Positions 51,063 to 64,000 of a DNA stretch of 64,000 nt are shown piece by piece. The notes under the pieces were generated by a model. The model saw only the letters and a list, made by a program, of their open reading frames with translations. It searched no databases and was not told where the DNA came from. Position numbers and translations under genes: made by a program. Position 1 is the stretch's first letter, and every line of letters begins with the position of its first letter. This stretch comes from Fistulifera solaris (Eukaryota), in assembly GCA_030295235.1 (NCBI GenBank), contig AP026131.1, positions 186,001 through 250,000 of the forward strand, written 5' to 3'.

Positions 51063-53426
51063 ATGGATGATGTAAGTAGAGATGAAACGGCTGGGAAAGG
51101 AACGCCGCCTAAAAGGTTTTTGGGGGTTTTCGTGCTAGTCCTCCGTGCACCCGTCGAAGCGTGAAAAAACACTTGATTTAATCTCTCTCACAAATTCAAT
51201 CTTTTCTTACTTCCTCTTTAATTATAAATAGGCCGATCACGTATGCCCTCTTTGTTGCGAGGAGTTAGATTTATCCGATCGCGAGTTTTATCCTTGCAAA
51301 TGCGGCTATCAAGTATGTATGTGGTGCTGGCACCGCATTCGGGAGTCCGAGTCAGGTCTTTGCCCTGCGTGCCGGACACCTTACGGAGAGGATCCGCATC
51401 AGTTCTCAGCTGTCGATGTTGAAGATGTTTTGAAGGCGAATAAGGCGAGAGATGCGGCTTTGAAGCGACAAAAACAGCAAGAAGGAGGAATGTTATCGGC
51501 GAGTCAACACGATGGGGTACCGAACAGTATTGTCACCGAGGATGGATCGAATGTGGCAATGGAAGTACCAAAGGATAGAAGTCAGCTAGCAAACATGCGT
51601 GTCATTCGGCGAAATTTGGTGTATGCGGTCGGACTGCCAGCAAGTATTGCAAGTGAGGACGTTTTGCGTAAACCCGAGTATTTTGGCCAGTACGGGAAGA
51701 TTGCCAAGATTGTTATAAACCGTGCTATTTCAGGTGAGCCTGGACGACGCGCATCTGCGAGTGCTTACGTTACTTTTGTGCATAAAGAGGATACGTTGGC
51801 TTGCATTCTAGCATTGGATGGGTTTTATCTTGACAATCGAAACATCCGTGCATCATATGGTACTTCCAAATACTGCTCGGCCTTTATTAAGAGCGTACGA
51901 TGTAATAACCCAGAATGTACTTACTTGCACGAGATGGGAGCAGCAGAAGATACGTTCACAAAACAGGAAATCCAGGCTGGCTATGTGACGAGCGGCCGCG
52001 ATGTTTTGGCTCGCCAGCAGCAGATTGTCTCTGAACAGTTGCGTCTTAACGCTACAAGTGCGGTTCCTCGTAAGCGTGTTGGCGGTGGCGGGCCGTCTGG
52101 AACAGGGCGGGCATCCTCTTCTCCCGTTTTCCCTCCTCCTGAATTCGACGAGGCGCCCAAGCCGAATCCCGTCCTTTACCTCCTCCTTCAGGAGGAGTGG
52201 CACGTGCTGCCACGGCTGGTACTTTCAGCTTGAATCCTTCAAATATTTCAGCCAAACTCGGGAGGTCTGCTTCTACTGGAAATCCTAGTCCCACGTTGGG
52301 AGCAACTGCGGTGCCTGCGAGCGCCGCTGCTGTAGTAGTGCCGCGGGTCAACAAGTCTGCCGCAGCTGTTGTTGCAGGTGTCCACACAGTCAAAGTGGAA
52401 GATTCCCCGCTTCACACTACGCTTACACCGCTCACGCCTTTGAAGCGCGCACCGAAGCCAACGAAAAGTACCGCGAATGCGCCTGTGCCTGATGATCCGA
52501 AGCTTCCCTCGATGCGTGTCGGCAAGACGAAAGGAAACGGTATCCGCAATGCTGTGTTTGGTGGCTCAGCTAATTCGTCGGTGACAAACGAAGAGGTCGA
52601 GCTTTCAACTGGGCCAGCCTCAATTGGCGGCGATGTAATTGCTGTCGGTAGTATACAGGCGGCACTACTCCCAGGCACTGTGCAGCTGAATAGTTCTACT
52701 GGCTTAGGTGGCGCCGAAGGAGGTTTGACGAGTGCTTTAGGCGGAGAAGTGTTTACCGGACCGCTAGCCAACAAGCCCATTAGCCGCGCAACGTCGGTAG
52801 ATAAGTGGAACTCTAATCAAATTCCCGGGGCGCCGGTGTACCCTGCTGCATCCGATCTTTGGAGCGGGATGAACGCCGGACCGGCTAATAGTAGTTCGGC
52901 ATTGGCATCGATCTTGGGCGTCGATCTCCCTACTGGTTCAGGATCACTTCGGGAGAATGCGAATATTTGGCCGTCGTCCAACCTTACTGGCCCCTCGTCT
53001 TTGTCGGCGCTCAACAGCAATAGTTCGGTTGGTGCAGCGTCAGGCAATGCTATTGGAGGCATTCCAATGAACATGAATAGCACATCGCTGATTGGAGGGG
53101 TCCCTATCGGAGGTGGCTCGATGGGTGGACAAGGTCACATAGGTGGCTTGTTGGGCTCATCTGCTCCCGGAAGCGGAAGCTATGGTGGCAAAAGCGACAT
53201 TGCTCTCCTCCAAAGCTTGTTGCCCGGCGTTCATATCACCAGCGGTAGCGAAGGGATGAATACCAGCGCTGGGGTTAACGGGTGGAATCAAGGCGGATCT
53301 AGTACACTTGGCGGCGATACCCTACTTGGATGGAACAGTGGCGCCGCTCCCAATCAACGTTCCTCCGTTGGTGCTATAGGACAAGGCAATGGGTCCCAAA
53401 CTCAGCGCCAGGGTCAGATTTGGTAG
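51063..53426 (+). CDS. NOT4: CCR4-NOT subunit 4 (RING-RRM E3 ligase)
   Basis: Micro-exon ATGGATGAT and intron 51072-51231, then CPLCCEEL...FYPCKCGYQVCMWCWH...CPACR, RVIRRNLVY, EYFGQYGKI and GTSKYC. Frameshift near 52180. Confidence 0.94.
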
Positions 53427-53584
53427 ACAATAGTTACTGTCGCAAATTGGTAGTATGGAGGACAGAGAAACGAGTATGGGTGGTTTTCATTGACACTTTG
53501 ACAAGCGGTGAAATTTGGGTAGTTCGGACTTGACGGAATAGGTTGTAAACAGCGTAAGGGAAGTGGAATGATAATCCATGAAGA

Positions 53585-53663
53585 ATGGATATGGCAATGG
53601 AAGGGTTTAGATGGAAATGGATATGGCAATGGATATGGCAATGGAAGGGCTTGGATGGAATGG
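53585..53663. repeat. Degenerate ATGGNN hexamer repeat
   Basis: ATGGATATGGCAATGG repeated between the convergent NOT4 and NOC3 3' ends. Confidence 0.7.
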
Positions 53664-53754
53664 AGAGATACGATGCTGCAGCATGAGTTTACAATTAAAT
53701 CACTAACTATTCTAGCAAAACAAATATTTGAATCGGCGGAGCTAATTGCTTTTA

Positions 53755-55544
53755 TTACAAGTCCCCTGTCACCAGTCGAGCCCGTTTACTTCTCGGGGTA
53801 ATGAACCGAGCATTGGCTCTCCCTTTTTTGCTGTTGGATTGTCCAAGTGGGTGTTTCTTTTTAACCCTAGCAAACTCGATCACCAAATTAGCTTGGTCGT
53901 AGTACTTCTCTGCTTTCAGTCGTTCTGGTCCTTCAGCAGGTAACTGGAGCATTTTCAATGTTGCGGCTGCTAGCGCTTGGTGGCTGACATCTTGCCGAAA
54001 ATGGAATTTCAATAGCGCCAACTCCCACGCAGAAGTTGAGAACGGATTACTATTTTCGGGGTCTAGAGCAAGAGGGTCGTATTCTCCAGCTGCAATGACA
54101 AAGTCTTCATCGTTTTCCAACAGTGGTTGTATAGCTGTATATCGCTGGAGCAGATTTCTGGCAAATGCAATGAGTGGTATCGATGATGCGGGGGTAAATG
54201 CAAAGCAACAGATGTGATTTGCTTGAAAAACGCGGCTACTCGAGCTGCAGAAAATTCCCGGCGCTTACAAAGCGCCGTATCCAGACATTTTAAGGTCAAA
54301 TCCAAAACATTTTGCGACCCTTCCTCATCAGTATCATGGAAAAAGCAAAGTCTTGGAAGTTGCGTGTACAATGGAAGAATGTATTCTTTGAGATCAATTT
54401 TGAGTTCCTTCCCTGGTCCTTGTAAAGTCTGAAATGCCGTCAGTATACAGTTCAAAGACGCGTCGAGAGGCAGAGTATCGACTTCTCGTAAAAGATCTTT
54501 CAGCACGGCCAACAGGTCCATCACGGTCTCCATGTTAATGAGATGCGCGAATTTCGCCAGCCCTTCTAAAGCAGCGCACAAAATATCATCCCTAGTAGAT
54601 TTTCGCGCCGAACTATTCGCACAACTTTTCAAGATTCGAAAGTAAGCCAAAATGACAACTTCTAAAGTCTGCGCTTGGCTTCTGGCAAGAACGGCTTTGT
54701 CAACAGTCGCTTCGCTCTCTTTCAATTCCGCCTCAATCGCTGCCGTCTCTTTATCCTTTTTCTTGTGACGTTTGCGAGACTGCTGTAACAGTTTCGCAGC
54801 GGTTGCTTCATCCGCATGCACTTTCAAAGGCAGCGCTGCAAACGATCGCACAACACGAGGACGAACAATGGGAGCGTTCTGAATGACCTTTGCCACCATT
54901 CGTGCGGCCTCTTCTGCTACCTGACCTTGCGCATCTTCTCGAAAGACAGTCTCGACGGCCTTGCAACACGCTTCTGCTACTACCGAGGAGATTCCTGTAT
55001 TCATATGTCTTACTACAGCAGCCAGCAAGTTCGAACGAAAATTGAACGTGTATGCCGTCGATAATAGCTCGCACAAGCTCAACATGCACGTGACTTGCAA
55101 CGAAGAAGGCGGACTCTGCGTAGACTGATTCCACTTCTTTTCCAAAACCTGCAGGTATTGCTGATAATGACTGAGTAAATTTCGTTCATACTCCCACGTC
55201 TGTTTGGTTTCCTTCGAAACAAGAACAGCACTCTCTTGTTCGGTCGGTAATCGGATGCGATAAGCTGGCAAAATATCTTTGAAGAGAGCCAGCAGTGAAA
55301 CGACCGCCAACTTTGCAACATATTCATCTTTGTGCTGCGTCAACGATAATAACTGGCTCATCTTTGAGGGACCCGCTGACGACCCGAAAGCTCCTTGTGG
55401 ATTTTCGAGAATTGATTCACTGAGTTCGGCAATCAAATCGCATATTTGAGCAACAGTCAGTTGATCCGGATTTCGGTAAGCTGGTTCAGCCTTTGTGGCT
55501 GGCGAGTTAGCTTCCTTGTCTTTGTTCCGTGATCGTCTGCCCAT
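53755..55544 (-). CDS. NOC3: Nucleolar complex protein 3
   Basis: ILENP, FKDILPAYRIR, YERNLLSHYQQYL, FNFRSNL, LEGLAKFAHLIN and PENSN...WEL motifs. Frameshift near 54175. Confidence 0.92.
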
Positions 55545-55728
55545 GATCTTAGTAATTGTGGGGAATATACGAGTATCGTTTGATGATGGCGACTGTTGTT
55601 GTTTTGAGAAAAATGATAGTCATGGTTCATGGTCGCTTTTTTTCATTGGTGGAAGGACGAGATACTGACTGATGGAGGCCAGACGTTTTCTCAATACTGT
55701 AATCCACACTAAAATATTACTCCGGGGT

Positions 55729-56617
55729 ACTCCGTTTCATAGTGAATATTCAAGCTGTCGATCCTCGGATTTTCGACGTGCAAAATAAAAGAAACTCTTA
55801 GCAAGTACTTCAGAATCATCATTGTTGCGACTTTGTTTACCCGTAATTATAGTTATTTTCGCAGTTGAATGACAAGGGACGGATGCGAGAGACGCAAAAC
55901 GGAACCCTTTGTTGTTCGGTTCATGACTCATGACTACTGTACATTCCAGTCTTGGCTGGCGTAAACTGACACTCCGTTTCATAGTGGAAATTCGAGGTGT
56001 CGATCCTCGGATTTGCGACGTGAAAATAAAAAGAAACTCTTAGCAAGTACTTCAGAATCATCATTGTTGCGACTTTGTTTACCCGTAATTATAGTTATTT
56101 TCGCAGTTGAATGACAAGGGACGGATGCGAGAGACGCAAAACGGAACCCTTTGTTGTTCGGTTCATGACTCATGACTACTGTACATTCCAGTCTTGGCTG
56201 GCGTAAACTAACACTCCGTTTCATAGTGGAAATTCGAGGTGTCGATCCTCGGATTTGCGACGTAAAAATAAAAAGAAACTCTTAGCAAGTACTTCAGAAT
56301 CATCATTGTTGCGACTTAATTTACCCGTAATTATAATTATTTTCGCAGTTGAATGACAATGGACGGACGCGCGACGCCAAACGAAGCTCTTTGTTGTTCA
56401 GTTCATGACTACTGTATTATCAAGTCTTGGCTGGCGTAAACCAACACTCTCTTTTATAGTGAAAATTCGAGGTGTCGATCCTCGGATTTGCGACGTGAAA
56501 ATAAAAGAAACTCTTAACAAGTAGTACAGAATCATCATTGTTGCGACTTAATTTACCCGTTGTTATGATTATATTCGCAGTTGAATGACAATGGACGGAT
56601 GTGAGAGACGCAAAACG
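55729..56617. repeat. Tandem repeat, 242-bp unit x ~3.7
   Basis: Unit starts at 55729, 55971, 56213 and 56446. The first two units are nearly identical; the later ones are more diverged. Confidence 0.95.
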
Positions 56618-56876
56618 CGGAGTGCGGAACACACATAGTCCGGCTACAGACAGACTCCATGGAGATTAAAGCTAAGGTAAAACCAAAACTAAAAAGTAAA
56701 TAAGTAAATTTTCTTCAATAATGGTGACTACGAATATCATCCTCCCCATTCCCCTGTTTCGTCATCGAAGCCTAGTCTGGATCTCTACCCACATGACTCA
56801 CCATAGTAGCTTCATGCTCACCTCAACACAATGCAGAAACAGTTAGCGGCAAACACCCACGCGAAAGAAAAGTTAT

Positions 56877-57746
<870 letters not shown>

Positions 57747-58068
57747 ATTAATAAAGTATCACTTAAGAAATTGAGTTGGATTGCTCGTTCGTAAGGTCGT
57801 TGCAAATAAGTTCTGTTTTATTGTTGACGGCGAGAACAAAAACTGCATGACTTCGAAAGAGCGCGTTCTTTTTTCGTTTTGCTGCATCGCCCAAGGAAAA
57901 ACGAGCTGGCGTTGCGAACACGCAGCAGTGCCAGTTGATGATTAGTATCTGTTGCGAAGTAGTCTCGTTAATTTACATTTAGCGAGTGAGAACCGTCACG
58001 ACAGCGAATTTACTATGACGATTCTGTAGGCAACACTTGTCTGTCTTGTGATAAGTGGATACTCCGTA

Positions 58069-58199
58069 TTAGTTTACGCCAGCCAAGACTGGATCGTACA
58101 GTAGTCATGAGTCATGAACCGAACAACAAAGGGTTCCGTTTTGCTTCTCTCGCATCCGTCCATTGTCATTCAACTGCGAAAATAACTATGATGATTACG
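58069..58199. repeat. Inverted partial copy of the 242-bp repeat
   Basis: TAGTTTACGCCAGCCAAGACTGG...GAACCGAACAACAAAGGGTTCCGTTTTGC is the reverse complement of part of the 55729 unit. Confidence 0.9.
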
Positions 58200-58290
58200 A
58201 AAGCTTTGATTGCCAAAAGAGATTGTCTTTTGCATCGGATCATCATCACGACGGTATACTTTTCCGCCATACCTGGTACAGGCGTGAGCG

Positions 58291-58373
58291 GGGAGAGGAC
58301 GTTAAAATTCTACCTCTCAGTACAAATTTCTACGTAGCGCCTACGGCGAGGCAGAATTTTAACGTCGTTTCCG
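58291..58373. mobile_element. ~83-bp MITE-like hairpin element, copy 2, flanked by GTGAGCG direct repeats
   Basis: Near-identical to 12086-12166. GTGAGCG lies at 58284-58290 and 58374-58380. Confidence 0.75.
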
Positions 58374-58588
58374 GTGAGCGACCGACGCGATGCGACCCGA
58401 CCAATCTCTCCATGTCGTCTGTCTGTAGCCGGACGTTGTTTGTTGTTTGTTCCGCACTATCCGCGCACGACGATGCGACTGCCGCATGATGCATTGATTT
58501 CCTATCTTTGCAACGTTTTATTTATTGATTCAAAACAGATTTCCTAACAAATTACATACTATATTTAATGACTTACTAATTGGACGAA

Positions 58589-60403
58589 ATGTCAGCCAAA
58601 CGTGCCGCTGAAATTCTCGAGGACTCGGAAGATGGTAATGTGAAGCGCAACAAGTCGAGCGTAAATAACACGAACCATCCACTGCGGAGAGATCTTTCTG
58701 CGGGCATGAATCCAGTTACTTTGCTGACGGGCTATTACGGAGCGAGAGGCGAACGTATCCGCCACGTAGTGCATGAAGGTGCTCTAAGGCTGCCTCAAGA
58801 TGCATTAGACATTTGTGCGCAAGCGCCTCCCTCAGGAAAGGAGTTCACTCTGCCGGAGCTCGATTCGGTGACTCGGCCTACAGTAGATTCTCAGCGGAAA
58901 AGTGTTCTGGTGACCGACTTAACCGTAGAAACGGTGGACGGAGAGCCTGATGGGAAACTAGTGTTGAAAACTGTCGCGAAGAATCGAATGATACACCTTG
59001 AGGAGGATCCGATGCGAATTCGAGGAGGAGGAGGAGGCGACGATACCACCGATGTGGATGCGAAAGACGTTGCTGACCCACCGAAAGCGACTGGTTCGCT
59101 TCCGGACGCAGCGCCTAGTGTTTTTAATGCTCCAATGTCCGTTCCCGCTGTAAACACGGCTAGCGAGAATGCTGCAACCGCTCCTTCGCCTACTCCAGTT
59201 GTCGAGGCAGCGTCGCAGATGCCTGCTCAAGCGGCTGTAATTAGCAATTCAGTCGAACAACAACCGATCGAACATGCCGAGGTGGTGCCGAACGCCACTA
59301 TTACTTCGAATGACACCACAGTTCAGGTTTTCCAGAGTGGTACACCGGCTCTAACCAGTGCAGCAGAAGTTGCAGCTCCGGCTCCTCAAGTAATAGGACT
59401 TCCGAAGCAACCCACTCCTGCCAGGGAACAGTATATGCCTGGTCCTAATGACGAAATGACGATCGATCCAAGTAGTGCATCCCCCAAACCCGAATGGTTT
59501 AACCTAAGTAAAGCATCTTCTCTTGAACGATCTTTGCTACCGGAATGGTTTGACGGCAGTTCACCTCACCGAACCGAACAATCTTACTTACAAACTCGAG
59601 GTAAACTCATGGAAATGTCAGAGAAACTTGGCACCCGCTATCTTACCGCAACGATGGCAAGAAGATCAGTTCCTGGCGATGCGGGGAGTTTGATGCGTTT
59701 GCACGCTTTCCTTTGTTCCTATAATTTGATCAATGAACACTCCCTTAACGATTCGGCTCCCCTCCCTGTTTCTATGCAAGAGCCGACTGAGGTGAAAAGG
59801 GGTTGGGATGAACCATTGAAAGAAAAATTATTGGAAGCCATTGTGAAGGAATCGCGGGAGAATCATTCAGGTCCAATCAATTGGGGAAACGTCTCCAAAC
59901 TAGTTGGCCAGGGTAAAAAAGCCAGTCGAGTGCGAACAGCATTTTTGTCGATGCAGATCCCGGAAGAAACCGTCGATGGTTTGCTGGAGCGATCCATTAC
60001 ACCCGATGCTACTAGTATGAAAGAGCGTTCGCTTGATGCGGACTTGGATGCGGCAACATTATCAAAGGTCTTGCAGCAGCTCGTAGAGAAGACCGACTCC
60101 AATGTTCTCCACAGTGTCACTACTGCTGCACTCATTTCCACGCGAAATGATTTGAGCAAAACACAACAAGCGGTAGCTGTTGGCCTTGCTATTAGTCAAG
60201 CCGAAAAAACTGCTGAGGAGCATGAGGCACGAGTTGGAGCGATTCTTTCCCAAGTGGTGGAACTGCGAATGCAGAAACTTGAAAATCGACTGGCTTTGCT
60301 GGATGATGTAGAGGGCATGTTGGAAGCTGAGAGGGCCGCCCTAGAGCTAGAAAGACGTGATCTATACACCGCAAGATGCCGACATTGGTTTCAGGGTCCC
60401 TAG
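58589..60403 (+). CDS. SWI3: SWI/SNF subunit SWI3/SMARCC-like (SWIRM, SANT, coiled coil)
   Basis: LERSLLPEWF, YLTATMARR, GDAGSLMRLHAFL...LIN and VELRMQKLENRL...LEAERAALELERRDLY motifs. Confidence 0.88.
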   Translation: MSAKRAAEILEDSEDGNVKRNKSSVNNTNHPLRRDLSAGMNPVTLLTGYYGARGERIRHVVHEGALRLPQDALDICAQAPPSGKEFTLPELDSVTRPTVDSQRKSVLVTDLTVETVDGEPDGKLVLKTVAKNRMIHLEEDPMRIRGGGGGDDTTDVDAKDVADPPKATGSLPDAAPSVFNAPMSVPAVNTASENAATAPSPTPVVEAASQMPAQAAVISNSVEQQPIEHAEVVPNATITSNDTTVQVFQSGTPALTSAAEVAAPAPQVIGLPKQPTPAREQYMPGPNDEMTIDPSSASPKPEWFNLSKASSLERSLLPEWFDGSSPHRTEQSYLQTRGKLMEMSEKLGTRYLTATMARRSVPGDAGSLMRLHAFLCSYNLINEHSLNDSAPLPVSMQEPTEVKRGWDEPLKEKLLEAIVKESRENHSGPINWGNVSKLVGQGKKASRVRTAFLSMQIPEETVDGLLERSITPDATSMKERSLDADLDAATLSKVLQQLVEKTDSNVLHSVTTAALISTRNDLSKTQQAVAVGLAISQAEKTAEEHEARVGAILSQVVELRMQKLENRLALLDDVEGMLEAERAALELERRDLYTARCRHWFQGP

Positions 60404-60966
60404 AGAGCCGTCAGAAAGGGGATAGATTATGCGTTTATAGTCGGATGTAATTGCTATACTTGATAAAACGCTTTTCATCAGGTATTTTCGTGCAAGCCTT
60501 AGTGTTGGTACCGGTACCGCTACGAAGCGCGAATAATGAAGTTCCGCCGTCGTTTGTCGTTTGACGTTTGACGACGAAAGAGAACGAAGAACAAAAAATA
60601 GGCCGATCCTTTTGCGCTTACCAGTAGCCTCATCTCTAAGAAGTCATGGTCGGTCATAGTGTCTTTTCGCTCAAGAAAGAAGCGTGTTAAAATTGGGCCC
60701 GATGTCTGACTGCTGACGGCAGACAGATTATGTACGTAGAAATCCTACGGACGCAGAATACTCCGTGACGTGTGATAAAGATCTCCACATTCACGAGTAC
60801 AAAAACGTCCGTAGATCAAACGAAGGAGATCATCGCGACGATCTCCGCCCCGATCGCACCTCTGTTTGCGATGTGTCTCGCCCTGCCACAGTTTTCATCC
60901 TTCGCTGAGCAGTTTAGCAACGACGAGGTTTCTGTTAACATTACTCTACTATATAACAGAGCTAGC

Positions 60967-62398
60967 ATGAGTACTCCACATTCAGTAATTCATGCTCGAT
61001 CTTATGTTGAAGAGGTAGAGAAAAAGCCAGACGATGCAAAGGATGCGAAGAAGAAAGGAGTGGTGAGTGATTGATCGGTCATTCATTGTGTCTCCCCCCA
61101 AATGTGTCTTTTTGCCTTGAACGCCCTGTTAGAGTTTCGGCTTGGCTGTCTGTGTGCCGTAGTCTTGATTAGCTGATAATTTCGGAATGATTAGCGCAGT
61201 CGTATCGCAGCAGAAGATGAAGAATCGGTAGTTAGTAGTTGGTCGCTGTTGTCGTGGTGGAAGTTAGGAGCGCCGAGTCGTCACACAAACCGTATCTGCA
61301 TCTTTTTCTGAGTCCATTTATCTCACTTCAACATGTGCTTAAACGCTTTTGCATTCAAATCAGATGGGCGCCATCGGAAAGCCGTTTCAAAAGATGCGCC
61401 GTCGTTTGACGGTAACGGGCAGCACGGGGAATAGCGAGGATATTGACGGCCGCATGAACTCAAAGGAATCGTTGCCGGAAATGGCAGAACACGTTTCAAA
61501 AGTAAGAACGCCGCCTCCAAAACTCAAGTATCCTCGCTGCGCCGTGACGGAATACTCGGGGGTCTCCAAGAAAGGTCACGCGCCATACAATCCTCGTAAG
61601 AAGAACCAGGATTCGATTATTATGGCGGATTGCAGTGAAACCAACACACTCATCTTGTGCGTGTTGGATGGGCACGGTGAGCACGGGGATGGTGCGTCGC
61701 AGACGTTCCGAGATCAGCTCGTCACGGAAATGTTGAACCATCCATCGTGGTTCAAAGATGTCAAGCAGGCTTCCAAGGATGCTATCGCCAAGGTCGAGCG
61801 TAACTTGCTCCGCAACTATCGGATCGATAGCGAATTCAGTGGAACTACTCTGTCGATGGCGATCGTCCGTGGTAACAAAGTCACGGGTGTGAATATCGGT
61901 GACTCGAGAGTCATTCTCGGCAAGCAAGAAGGAGGAAACCTCACGTACCAGGAAATCACCTACGACCACAAGCCCGACTCTCCGGCAGAAAAAGAGCGCA
62001 TTCTCGCGTGCGGGGGTCGTGTCTTTGCCGTCGAATACGATGATGGCATTGACGGTCCTCCTCGTGTCTGGCTGGGCAACATGGACATTCCAGGACTGGC
62101 GATGAGTCGCTCATTGGGGGATGTTGTGGCCCATTCGGCGGGTGTGATCTCCGATCCCGAGTTCACGGAGTTTGAGCTCAATCCTGAGACCGACAAGTTC
62201 CTCGTCGTCGCCACCGATGGTCTATGGGAGTTTGTGGATAATCAAGAAACGGTGGAATTCGTGGACGCCCAGCCCGGACCTACAGATGCGGTCGACGTCT
62301 TGGTGACCGAAGCCGCGACAAGGTGGATGCACGAGGAGCAAGTTATCGACGATACAACTATCATTGTCGCCAACTTGTTTGGCTACAAGTCAAGCTAA
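60967..62398 (+). CDS. Protein phosphatase 2C (PPM family)
   Basis: NQDS, VLDGHG, SGTT, NIGDSR, DHKPD, GLAMSRSLGD, ATDGLW and DDTT motifs. Intron 61063-61363. Confidence 0.95.
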
Positions 62399-62570
62399 AG
62401 ATTTCTCTCTTGTTTATAATAAGAAGAACGAAACGGGTACATTTGACAGAAGGAGTGGCTCCTTCCGATAAAATCGACACGAGCTGTCATTATAACAAAA
62501 ACATTAAAAAATTAATGAAACCAATCATGAAATAATATATTGGACCTGGTTCTAGTTTATCTTGACTATT

Positions 62571-62876
62571 CTATGACTTTCTTTCTTGTTTATATCCCTT
62601 GGGTAAATCGGCTCTGACTTGATTCTTCAAATAGCTGTCATCGTCACTAGCATACCAATCTCGCTTGTCGATTTGATTGTCTTTACGTTCGTATTCTTCC
62701 TTAATTTTCTCTTGAACGTCTTGAAAGTACGTTGAATCCATTGTTGGGTGATGCAGACGACCCCTCCAAACGTTCTTACTAATCTGATACGTTTGAAAGC
62801 CAAAGAACGAGAAGAGTCCGAGTACAAGTCCTTTGTGGGCCACGTTAGCCACTTGAGAGAAAGCTGATGTCGACAT
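62571..62876 (-). CDS. Small single-TM hypothetical protein
   Basis: ATG-initiated ORF MSTSAFSQVANVAHKGLVLGLFSFFGF followed by a charged tail. Confidence 0.6.
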   Translation of the reverse strand: MSTSAFSQVANVAHKGLVLGLFSFFGFQTYQISKNVWRGRLHHPTMDSTYFQDVQEKIKEEYERKDNQIDKRDWYASDDDSYLKNQVRADLPKGYKQERKS

Positions 62877-64000
62877 GGTTCTTATTCTATAGACTTTAAA
62901 AAAAGAATACATTCATTCAAAAGCTCGAACTATTTTCGCAATGTTTTCTGTTCGGATTGTGATTGTGCACCTTCTTTATTTCGCCTTTTGTTGTGCGCTG
63001 GCAACGGTCGTCGGATTATTTTTCCGAGTCCGAGCGAAGTACGGACGCACCTACTACAAGTGAAACCGGCACCAATAAAATTGTTACGAGGCCCACGTGA
63101 AATCCACGTAGACTTTGAAGCGTTGCATCGTTAATACAATTTACGTTTCAAGGATGCAATTATGACGAGTATCGCTAATGGTTCCGATCGGTTCGTGAAA
63201 GCAAAAGATGGCTTTTAGCTTCATTTGAAAAAGTAGTGGCACAAAGGTTGTACAAACGGAAAAGATAGACGTTTTTGTCACGAGCCTCATGATTGAAATC
63301 CAGTCATGGAGAAAGGTCGCTTACATTTTGGAAGTATAGTGAACATAGCAGTCAACGATCCAGATGGATTTTCAACGTGAAAGATCTTAGGGTGGACCGT
63401 ATTTGCAAAGCGACCTTACATATTCCTTTGACCAAGAAACTTGCCAACTTTTTTTTTAATTTAAGGAATAAGTGCCACACTCGCGAAAGAGAGAGAATTA
63501 TGGCTCTTGTCTCGTGACTGAAATCTAGTCGTGGGGTAGTCTCCATAAGTCAACATTCCGGGCCATAGTGAATTTGAGCAAAGAAATGCAATGCGCGCAT
63601 TGATGCGACGAGGCAAACTGCAAAATGCATTTCAACTCCAATGCGAGTCGTTCTGGTAAAGCGATCTTCTGTATTCGAATCGAAATCACGTAAAAGCTTC
63701 GTTCGCGCTCAACTAAAGCTCTACTTGGCGACAACTCTCCAAAGGAAGCTTGAAGCAAAATGGATCGAACGGCGTTTTTGGCAAGTATGCCATTCTTGCT
63801 GCCAACATGCCTTGACGATTTCCCTCGAAACGTTGATTACTCAGTTGAAATTCTTCTCAAAGAAACAATTTTTCTTTCGATCGAACCCTCATCGTGTAAG
63901 GGTCCGGCTTATTTTGCTGTGGAAGAGAGGTCTGATCCAAGTGTATGCCCTGTTGAATTGGCCTTTTTCTATCGACGCGCTTTGAACGACGACGATGCAA

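Noticed and set aside
53568..53801. ORF encoding GNGYGNGYGNG
   Set aside because: It arises from an ATGGNN repeat in the short gap between convergent genes and overlaps the NOC3 end.
55729..56617. CRISPR array or repeated small genes (ORFs 55737-55982 and 55979-56224)
   Set aside because: Whole 242-bp units repeat with no unique spacers, no cas genes are present, and the ORFs are broken in the diverged units.
62950..64000. Short ORFs at the window end
   Set aside because: No motif support; the only clear structure is the pair of 21-bp dyad motifs.

Overview
Gene-dense eukaryotic nuclear DNA, most likely from a pennate diatom (inference from short GT-AG introns, ASAF-type plastid presequences, a diatom-type cyclin and DUF6824-like genes). 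About 33 protein genes can be supported. They include a class III nucleotide cyclase, aminoacylase, RluA-type pseudouridine synthase, TyrP-type transporter, SPT4, rhomboid, cyclin, plastid phosphoglucomutase, NOT4, NOC3, Rab5, SWI3 and PP2C; there is also one solitary 5S rRNA gene. Many genes, including conserved housekeeping ones, are broken by single-base indels in homopolymer runs, which points to assembly error rather than pseudogenes. The most unusual signal is intergenic: (i) very small hairpin elements flanked by 7-bp direct repeats; (ii) many unrelated 7-nt tandem duplications; (iii) a 21-bp dyad motif (CAYGACTG-N5-CAGTCRTG) that recurs in co-oriented pairs about 180-255 bp apart; (iv) a recurrent TACCWGGTA palindrome; and (v) two satellite families with ~211-bp and 242-bp units. 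There is also an intronless gene that appears to fuse a PX-like domain to an NPPF-type amino-methyltransferase. All family assignments come from motif recognition by eye, not from database searches.
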